DNA from: an uncultured virus (IMG/VR IMGVR_UViG_3300028835_001893)
Lineage: Duplodnaviria > Heunggongvirae > Uroviricota > Caudoviricetes
Strand: one strand, 5' to 3'
Virus record (IMG/VR): IMGVR_UViG_3300028835_001893
DNA length: 20,000 bases
Shown here: piece after piece, positions 7,671-14,317 of the stretch
Position numbering within the stretch: the stretch's first letter is position 1
Layout of the letters: each line of letters opens with the position of its first letter
Notes under the pieces: generated by a model
The model's database searches: none
The model's input: only the letters and a program-made list of their open reading frames with translations
Told to the model about the DNA's origin: nothing
Program-made: the position numbers and the translations under genes

Positions 7671-7984
7671 TTTCTATTATCTCCTCTGTTCTTTAGTTTT
7701 CTTCTCATTTCTGGCCTGTCTTTTATATAAGTACAATACCAAAGAGAAAATTCAGGATCAGTAATCATATCTCTTACTTCAGATCTGTCTTTTATTTCTA
7801 CACAATAACGATAAGCATATTGAGAGTCAGTAATTCTACTTCTCATTTTAGGTCGGTCTCTTATTTGCTTACAATACTCATAAGCCCATTCAGAATCAGT
7901 AATCAAATTTCTCATCTCAGATGTATCTTTTTCTAAACACATTTTATAAGCTATTTCAGACATTTCTTTTGGAAAGATCCACAT
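7667..7984 (-). CDS. 23-aa repeat protein, paralog of 7956-8306
   Basis: Begins MWIFPKEMS; three copies of (M/V)RxxITDxx(W/Y/F)xxxYCxxI(K/R)DRx(E/K). Confidence 0.82.
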   Translation of the reverse strand: MWIFPKEMSEIAYKMCLEKDTSEMRNLITDSEWAYEYCKQIRDRPKMRSRITDSQYAYRYCVEIKDRSEVRDMITDPEFSLWYCTYIKDRPEMRRKLKNRGDNRN

Positions 7985-8240
7985 TTAATAGCTCCATTAA
8001 AAGTTTTTTGCAAGTAATTCTTTCTCTTATCTCAGGTCTGTCTTTTATAAATTTACAATACCGATAAGCCCATTGAGATTTGGTAATTCTAGCTCTAATC
8101 TTAGATCTGTCTTTTACATCTTTACAATACCAATAAGCATATTCAGACTCAGTAATCCTGTCTCTTATCTCAGGTCTGTCTTCTATAACCCTACAATAAT
8201 AATAAGCGTCTGCGGACTTAGTAATCAAATCTCTAATAAA
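7695..8240. repeat. degenerate 69-bp coding tandem repeats (two arrays of about 3 units)
   Basis: Recurrent tctcttatctcaggtctgtctt / tctgtcttttat...acaatacc / gtaat(c/t)ct units at 69-bp period within each of the two genes. Confidence 0.75.
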
Positions 8241-8306
8241 TGGATCATCTTTTTCTAAACATATTTTACAAGCTATTCTTGACATTTCTTTTGGAAAAAT
8301 CCACAT
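7956..8306 (-). CDS. 23-aa repeat protein, paralog of 7667-7984
   Basis: Start set to ATG 8306 (MWIFPKEMS, GGAG SD) to match the paralog; three IRxxITxSxxAYxYCxx(I/V)xDRx(E/K) repeats. Confidence 0.82.
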   Translation of the reverse strand: MWIFPKEMSRIACKICLEKDDPFIRDLITKSADAYYYCRVIEDRPEIRDRITESEYAYWYCKDVKDRSKIRARITKSQWAYRYCKFIKDRPEIRERITCKKLLMELLNVDLSKRNV

Positions 8307-8697
8307 ATCTATTATCTCCAAATTTTACATAACATAAACTTTTTCCTTCCCAATATTGTATAACATGAGGCTGTGGCCAATAACCATGGTCTAATCTATT
8401 AAAGTACATAAGTACCTGAGGTGTTCTCTTTAAGATCGTATCCAAAGAAAAACGAGTAAGTGGTTTCTCACGATAGTCACGAAATAAATGTATGGAAGCA
8501 GCTATCTCCGCTAGTTTACCCCACTTAGAGCGAATTATCTCTACTCCATAGCTATTATGAAGAAAAGTTCTATGATAATCAACAAAAATATCTGGAGGGA
8601 ATATTTTGGAATACTGGTCTAAAAACTTATGTACTTCCCAATATTCTTTATCCAGATATCTTTTACATTCCTTTGCATGGTCACTTACATATGTCAT
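8266..8697 (-). CDS. His-rich hypothetical protein, DUF6915-like
   Basis: Start ATG 8697 (MTYVSDHAK) coupled to the upstream TAA (TAATG). The pattern H...VHKFLD...HRTFLHNSYG...HLFRD resembles DUF6915 as I recall it. Confidence 0.6.
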   Translation of the reverse strand: MTYVSDHAKECKRYLDKEYWEVHKFLDQYSKIFPPDIFVDYHRTFLHNSYGVEIIRSKWGKLAEIAASIHLFRDYREKPLTRFSLDTILKRTPQVLMYFNRLDHGYWPQPHVIQYWEGKSLCYVKFGDNRYVDFSKRNVKNSL

Positions 8698-8870
8698 TAT
8701 GATCCTACTAATACTTCCATACCAGCTATAAGTCCGATAAAAATAACTCCAGCAATGATCGCCAAGATAATTACAGCAGGTATAGAGGCAATTGACCACT
8801 TGACCATAAACCTAACCATTGACCAAAAAGGCATTTTGACGTTAGTTACAACTACTTCGGTTCGGTCCAC
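8697..8870 (-). CDS. small membrane protein (57 aa)
   Basis: Not in the ORF track. GTG 8870 with AAGGAG SD reads MDRTEVVVTNVKMPFWSMVRFMVKWSIASIPAVIILAIIAGVIFIGLIAGMEVLVGS*; its stop overlaps the next ATG. Confidence 0.8.
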   Translation of the reverse strand: MDRTEVVVTNVKMPFWSMVRFMVKWSIASIPAVIILAIIAGVIFIGLIAGMEVLVGS

Positions 8871-9024
8871 TTCTCTTCTCCTTCCTTAAAGTTAATTTTT
8901 AACAACTTCTCACCTATTATGTAGTAATATATATAGAAAAAACAAATAGAAAAGAAACAACTAAACAGTAATGTTCTATAGAACAAAATATAAATTTATG
9001 CGTTGTTAACTTGGAACTTTAATT
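8871..9024. promoter_or_regulatory. divergent promoter region between accessory and structural gene blocks
   Basis: The only long intergenic gap; very AT-rich; genes diverge on both sides. Exact promoter elements not resolved. Confidence 0.6.
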
Positions 9025-9504
9025 ATGGATATAGAAAAATATTTAGAACAGATACAAAAAGACGAATCTATATTTCCTATTGACTCGTTTGAGAAGAAAA
9101 AGAAGAATGTCTTAAGAACTGTTTATCCTGAACAGACAAGTCCACCTACAGAAAACGAACGAATTATGATAGATTTCGATGGTGTTATTAACAGTTATAA
9201 ACATGGTTGGATGGACGGGAAATTAGTAGACGAACCCAATCTTGGCACCAAAGAAGCTATTGACGAGTTACACAATAGAGGTTATCAAATAGTTATTTTT
9301 ACTACAAGGGCGTTAACGACACACATTGAACCACCTGCTTCCAAATTAATAGAAGATTTAAAAAACTATCTTCGGGTTCACAATATTTATTACGATGAAA
9401 TTACTGCCGAAAAACTTCCTGCTGTTGCATATATAGATGACAGAGCTATTAGGTTCCACAACTGGAAGCAAGTTTTAAAGGACTTTAACAATATAAAGGA
9501 ATAA
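9025..9504 (+). CDS. HAD-superfamily phosphatase (capless, PNK-phosphatase-like)
   Basis: Motif I IMIDFDGVI, motif II IVIFTTR, motifs III/IV EKLPAVAYIDDRA; N-terminal extension of about 45 aa. Confidence 0.85.
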   Translation: MDIEKYLEQIQKDESIFPIDSFEKKKKNVLRTVYPEQTSPPTENERIMIDFDGVINSYKHGWMDGKLVDEPNLGTKEAIDELHNRGYQIVIFTTRALTTHIEPPASKLIEDLKNYLRVHNIYYDEITAEKLPAVAYIDDRAIRFHNWKQVLKDFNNIKE

Positions 9505-9530
9505 TCTCTTTTTAAAGGAGGATAAATAAA

Positions 9531-10253
9531 ATGAAGTATTCATTTGCCGAACTTGGACAAAATATAGTTTCCAGAAGGTTTGGTGGAACTACAGTCGGAG
9601 TTGCTGACCCATATACTACAGGCTACCATTTCATATGGTTTTCTAAATTACCCCCAAAACTGGTTGACTATACAAGAGAAGGAATTTCAAAAATCTCTAG
9701 TATCTCCGAAATACAGAATATTTTAGCGGCTTCATGTTTATCCGTAACTCCTCCCGGTGGAACTTTAGGGAAAATTGAGTACACTGGTCTAGGAGGGATA
9801 AAATGGGCAGTCCCATCAAATATCGATTATGGAAATACAGTTACGGTCAAGTTTTTAGAATTTAACAAAACTCCCATTCTAGACATTATGCATGGTTGGG
9901 TAAAAATGATTCGTGACTATAGAACTGGTATTAGTGACATATTGATAGATGGTGACGAAGGTGAAGGATATACAAAGAAAACATATGCTGCAATGATGTA
10001 TTATTGGACAACTGCTCCTGATGGAAAAACGGTCGAATATTATGCAGCCTACGACGGAATGTTTCCAGCAAAAGACCCTCAAGATTTATTTACAAGTGAT
10101 GTAGAAACCGTTGGTAGACTTGATATTGAAATCGAATTCAATGTTGATTATGGTTGGCATGAACCTTGGGTAAAAGATAAATGTGACTCTTTTACAAATA
10201 CATTTATGGAAGCTAAAGAAGTTGTCAAGAGATATGGTACAAGAGAACAATAA
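9531..10253 (+). CDS. tail tube protein (T4 gp19-like)
   Basis: SVTPPGGTLGKIEY..GG...PSNIDYGNTVTVKFLE...MHGW...DGMFP...IEIEFNVDY pattern typical of contractile tail tubes; AAGGAGG SD; structural context. Confidence 0.7.
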   Translation: MKYSFAELGQNIVSRRFGGTTVGVADPYTTGYHFIWFSKLPPKLVDYTREGISKISSISEIQNILAASCLSVTPPGGTLGKIEYTGLGGIKWAVPSNIDYGNTVTVKFLEFNKTPILDIMHGWVKMIRDYRTGISDILIDGDEGEGYTKKTYAAMMYYWTTAPDGKTVEYYAAYDGMFPAKDPQDLFTSDVETVGRLDIEIEFNVDYGWHEPWVKDKCDSFTNTFMEAKEVVKRYGTREQ

Positions 10254-10293
10254 TCTAAGATAATTAACCTTTCCCAAGAGGAGGAAATAAAAA

Positions 10294-11337
10294 ATGATAC
10301 TTACAGAAAATATTAATCTTACTGACTCAATGTTGTTTCTACTTAGTGCTCGAGACACTATTAAAGAAGTAGTAGGTATGTCCTCGATTGAGCATAAAGA
10401 TATAGTTAAGAACTTCGTTATGAATGAAGCGTCTGATTACCAAATTATGTCACTCCTAATTGATGGCACATTACCAGAAGAGAAATACAATGTTGGAGAA
10501 GAAATGTTACTTTTCAGTCAGTTAAAAGAACAAGTAGTTTCTAATTATCCAATATTATCAGAAGCAATAGGTGAAGACCTAACAAGGAATCTTATTTTTG
10601 AAGTTGGACCGATTTCTCCAGACTATTCTTCAGCAGCCCCTATAGTAGAGTTCTTGGTCTCTAAACGTACTTTTGAACAAAGAGCAACTCGTGGAGGAGG
10701 TGCTGCCGTTATAGCTGATCCTAAAAAAGCTTTAGATATAGTCAAAACAAGTCTTAAATTTTGGAAAGGTAAAGCTAAAGTAATAAAGGATCGAATTGCT
10801 GCTGCTGCTGCTCCAGACAAAGCAACTTTGGCATTACAGTTAAAAACTGCACAGAAAAAGATTACTGGTTTAGAGAAACAACAAGGAAGTATTACGGCAA
10901 GTTTAAAACGAGCAGGTGTACTTGCAGCTGGAAAAGGAAAGGGGGCAGCAGTGGCCGGCGCTGCTCAAGCAACTACATTCTTAAAAGGTCTTCCTGGTGC
11001 TTATGCTGTAGGAGCTAAACTAGGAATTTCGGCAACAGCCGCTGGTGGAGTAATAGCTCTTGGAGGTCTGGCAGCTGCAGCTATTCTTACTTATGCATCA
11101 ATAAAAACCTACAAACGATTCTTAAGTCAAGCTGCTAAAGCCTGTAAAGGAAAAAGTGGTAAAGAGAAAACTGCTTGTATGAAAGCTTATAGGGTAAAAG
11201 GTTTAAAAGCACAAATAACTGACTTAAGTAGGGGACTTACGGGATGTGCCAAAACAAAAGATCCAGCAAAATGTAGTAAATCAGTGACAAATAAACTTAC
11301 TAGTTTAAAGAAGAAACTAGCCAAAATACAGAAGTAA
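10294..11337 (+). CDS. putative virion protein: acidic N-terminus, Ala/Gly-rich hydrophobic segment, C-terminal 4-Cys helical domain
   Basis: 347 aa, GAGGAGG SD; charge switches from acidic to basic after about residue 128; TM-like GGVIALGGLAAAAILTYASI. Confidence 0.6.
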   Translation: MILTENINLTDSMLFLLSARDTIKEVVGMSSIEHKDIVKNFVMNEASDYQIMSLLIDGTLPEEKYNVGEEMLLFSQLKEQVVSNYPILSEAIGEDLTRNLIFEVGPISPDYSSAAPIVEFLVSKRTFEQRATRGGGAAVIADPKKALDIVKTSLKFWKGKAKVIKDRIAAAAAPDKATLALQLKTAQKKITGLEKQQGSITASLKRAGVLAAGKGKGAAVAGAAQATTFLKGLPGAYAVGAKLGISATAAGGVIALGGLAAAAILTYASIKTYKRFLSQAAKACKGKSGKEKTACMKAYRVKGLKAQITDLSRGLTGCAKTKDPAKCSKSVTNKLTSLKKKLAKIQK

Positions 11338-11338
11338 A

Positions 11339-11698
11339 ATGTTGACTATACAAGAGTACTTAGATAGTTTACAAAACGTATCAGAGATCTCACAACATAC
11401 GATTTCCCTTGGAACAGGTGGGTGGAAAATATGGGAACGGATCTCGTCCGATGTAGCAACAGTTACTGATAGGTGTATGAGGTTAAAGACTCCGATAGAA
11501 AGAAAAATATGTAAGTATAGAATAAAGATTATAGAAGCAAGAAGAAAAATTGCTTTCTTAAGAACTATCGATTGTAGATTAGCAAAACAACCAGAGGCTT
11601 GTGATAAACAAGTAGACGAACAAATTACGAAATTAAATCAATCACTTAGAGATAATACTGAGAAAGTTGCCCAAGCAATTAGAACTAGACCAAGATAG
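11339..11698 (+). CDS. putative virion protein with 4-Cys helical domain
   Basis: 119 aa; C-x11-C-x20-C-x8-C matching the C-terminus of the upstream gene. Confidence 0.65.
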   Translation: MLTIQEYLDSLQNVSEISQHTISLGTGGWKIWERISSDVATVTDRCMRLKTPIERKICKYRIKIIEARRKIAFLRTIDCRLAKQPEACDKQVDEQITKLNQSLRDNTEKVAQAIRTRPR

Positions 11699-11723
11699 AA
11701 ACTGAAAGAAAGGGGATAGAACA

Positions 11724-12515
11724 ATGACATTTACAGGTTTCAACTTAAAATTTCCTGAGTATGAAGTAATTACACCACAAACAAGACTATCGTTTAATGT
11801 ACGGTCGTTAAGTGTACAAGAGGAAGAACATTTGAAAGGGAGTCTCATGACTCCAACTAAAATAACTGAACATCTTAATAAGTGTATTTATGATGCACTT
11901 GTGAAGAAACCTGATTTAGTTAAAGATTATGATTCTTTTTTAAAGAACGTTACAATAAAAGATCGAGATGCTTTATTGTATGGACTATACCATATAACTT
12001 ATGAAGAGATAAGAAACTACATGGTTAGATGTGGAAAATGTGATAGTGAATATCCAGTTACAATTAAAGCTTCAAGCACATTCAACTTCAATACTTATCC
12101 TGGAAAAGATGTTCTTACAAAAAGAGTAAAAGCTAAACTTCCTATCTCCAAAGTCGTAACTGCTACTATCAAACAACCCACTCTTTTCGATGAAATCTTC
12201 GCAATGAAAGAACTTCTAAATACTCCAGGTTCGAGTATAGACACAATTACAGAAACATTAATAATTGATAAGTTTGAAGAAGATATCCAAGAGAAGACAG
12301 AACCAATTACATACAATGACAGACAAGATATAATTGATGCATATAGAAGTTTACCAGCAAAGGACAAGCGAGAAATTCATGAGAATTATATGGAAAACTT
12401 TGGAAAATATGCGGTCGAATTAAAGATGAAAAGTTTCTGTGCTTCTTGTGGAACGGAAGAAACTTTAAATATTGATCTAGTGGAAAACTTTTTTCGTATG
12501 GTGTACACGGCATAA
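11724..12515 (+). CDS. T4 gp26-like baseplate hub / tail assembly chaperone
   Basis: PEYEVITP..VRSLSVQEE..L, DRDALLY, CGKC and CASC zinc knuckles, IKQPTL, C-terminal ENFF. Confidence 0.72.
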   Translation: MTFTGFNLKFPEYEVITPQTRLSFNVRSLSVQEEEHLKGSLMTPTKITEHLNKCIYDALVKKPDLVKDYDSFLKNVTIKDRDALLYGLYHITYEEIRNYMVRCGKCDSEYPVTIKASSTFNFNTYPGKDVLTKRVKAKLPISKVVTATIKQPTLFDEIFAMKELLNTPGSSIDTITETLIIDKFEEDIQEKTEPITYNDRQDIIDAYRSLPAKDKREIHENYMENFGKYAVELKMKSFCASCGTEETLNIDLVENFFRMVYTA

Positions 12516-12693
12516 TGAAATTGTTGAGTTCAAAAAAGATCAAGCTGAAAGCATTTATATGTGTATGGAAATGAGTAAACAATCATATATAGAAACTATT
12601 ATGATGCCAGTTAAAAGATTTCAAGACTACTTAAAATGGAAATCAGATCTTGAGGATGAGAGAAAGAAGATGATTCAAGAAGAAACTCTTTAA
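12493..12693 (+). CDS. gp51/GT-like chaperone extension, probably reached by frameshift from 11724-12515 (alternative own start ATG 12559)
   Basis: Not in the ORF track. The +1 frame is open 12481-12693: FVWCTRHNEIVEFKKDQAESIYMCMEMSKQSYIETIMMPVKRFQDYLKWKSDLEDERKKMIQEETL*; MP..R....L pattern of tail-chaperone extensions. Confidence 0.65.
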   Translation, partial: FVWCTRHNEIVEFKKDQAESIYMCMEMSKQSYIETIMMPVKRFQDYLKWKSDLEDERKKMIQEETL

Positions 12694-12706
12694 ATAAGGA
12701 TATTCT

Positions 12707-13144
12707 ATGGCAAATTTACTTGATAGATTCAATAAAGAAGTAATTGGATCTAGAGGAAGGATAGCTGACTACTTAGCTAAAATTTCATCAAAAGGAGACT
12801 TTGCCAGAACTACGAACATAAATGTAATACTTACATCATGGAATAATATATTATTAACCCCAAGAAGAAGTTATATATGGGACCCCGACTATGGTAGCGA
12901 TTTATATAAAATGGTTTTCGAACCAGCAGATAATGAAACAGTAGAGAAAATTAAAGATGAAGTTGCTACTCAACTTATGATATATGACGATAGAGCTAAA
13001 ATTACTAATATCGATATTACATTTTTGTCAAATTTAAAAGGATTTGATGTCACATTAAATGTTAATTATATGGGAGAAGAGTCAGAACTTAATTTAACTT
13101 TAGATGAAGTTATGTTTGCCAACTTTATGGAGGCCACTACTTAA
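12707..13144 (+). CDS. baseplate wedge protein, gp25-like (GPW/gp25 family)
   Basis: NILLTPRRSYIWDPDYGSDLYKMVFEP...YDDRAKITNIDI. Confidence 0.88.
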   Translation: MANLLDRFNKEVIGSRGRIADYLAKISSKGDFARTTNINVILTSWNNILLTPRRSYIWDPDYGSDLYKMVFEPADNETVEKIKDEVATQLMIYDDRAKITNIDITFLSNLKGFDVTLNVNYMGEESELNLTLDEVMFANFMEATT

Positions 13145-13656
13145 TGAGATTATACTTTGCGGCGTTGAAAAAATTCAAAGGTCGTTTCTCACCAAAATGG
13201 ACTGGAGAATATATTCCATTATTATTGACGCCACTGACAAATACTTACGGCGCTTTATTTATTGTTGGTGCAGAGTCAGTAACAGAAGAAGATACTTATT
13301 ATTGTCCAAGGATAGCTAGTTTTCCAACGTCTGAGATCGAGTTACGAGTTCGAAAGGAACTAGAATATAATAAAGAACAAAAGAAAACTGAATGGGTAGT
13401 TATTGAGTCCCTAGATTGTTCAGTAAAGAAAACAGGAACAGAGTTTAAAATCGTCCCAAAAAAGGTTGGAAAATATATAAGGTCTCCCCTACGTTTGGAG
13501 TTCGATCCTAGTCAAAGTACTTCAGATACTAAAGTATATAAGTTACACGGAGATATAAATATAAGTATTGAAGAATCAGACTTACAAACTATGAGAATGA
13601 CATTATCTAGAAAAATGGCTTTTTACAAAAGTTTAAAATCATTACGAGGAAAATAA
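13144..13656 (+). CDS. hypothetical protein
   Basis: 170 aa, TAATG-coupled to the gp25-like gene. Confidence 0.72.
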   Translation: MRLYFAALKKFKGRFSPKWTGEYIPLLLTPLTNTYGALFIVGAESVTEEDTYYCPRIASFPTSEIELRVRKELEYNKEQKKTEWVVIESLDCSVKKTGTEFKIVPKKVGKYIRSPLRLEFDPSQSTSDTKVYKLHGDINISIEESDLQTMRMTLSRKMAFYKSLKSLRGK

Positions 13657-13658
13657 GA

Positions 13659-14303
13659 ATGCAACGATATGCTCGTATCTACGATTATATTCATGAATAT
13701 CAAAGACTAGTTTACGATTATTATAGTAAACATGGAATCGCGTTCTTAGTTACATACTACAATATAAATACTCAAGCTACTGTTTGGGAAGATGAAGATT
13801 TGATGGGTGGCGCTTATGAAGAAGTTGGAAATCTTACAGGAATAAAATTTAACAAGATTTTACTACTTCCTATATACTTTATTGAAGAAGTTTCTACAGC
13901 TTTTGACGCACAAGATATTGGTTATATTAAAGAGAATGAAACAAATATAGTAATACCAAATACTTATGGTATAACTCCATATACAAGAGACCTAGTCAAG
14001 TTCGAACAAGAATATTTAAGACCAACAAATGATATATATCCTACATTCGCAGTTACTGGTGCTGAGATTTCAGCAAATACTGATAGAAGATTTTGGAAGT
14101 TAAAACTAGAAATTTTTCAAAGTAAAACGACTACTCAAATAGACAAACAAGTAGAAGAAACACATGTATTCTATGAATACGATAAAAAGATCCATACGTT
14201 AAGTGACTCTGAAACATTAACAAAGTTATTATCTAAAAATGAAACTCTCAGAGGAGTACTAAAAGATTTGTACGACGAAAATTCAGGTTTTTATTTACTA
14301 TAA
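13659..14303 (+). CDS. putative structural protein (possibly neck/head-closure, gp14-like)
   Basis: 214 aa in structural operon. HGIAFLVTYY...EDLMGG...GITPYTRDLV loosely resembles neck proteins; function tentative. Confidence 0.45.
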   Translation: MQRYARIYDYIHEYQRLVYDYYSKHGIAFLVTYYNINTQATVWEDEDLMGGAYEEVGNLTGIKFNKILLLPIYFIEEVSTAFDAQDIGYIKENETNIVIPNTYGITPYTRDLVKFEQEYLRPTNDIYPTFAVTGAEISANTDRRFWKLKLEIFQSKTTTQIDKQVEETHVFYEYDKKIHTLSDSETLTKLLSKNETLRGVLKDLYDENSGFYLL

Positions 14304-14317
14304 CTTGAGGACATAAT

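Noticed and set aside
7695..8240. Possible CRISPR array or DGR template/variable repeat in the 69-bp periodic region
   Set aside because: Units are degenerate, in-frame and protein-coding with no unique spacers. No reverse transcriptase is in the window and I saw no adenine-specific variation.
10798..10812. (GCT)5 microsatellite; also AAAAC repeats at about 2219-2238
   Set aside because: They simply encode an Ala run and a hydrophobic TM segment; too short to suggest phase variation.
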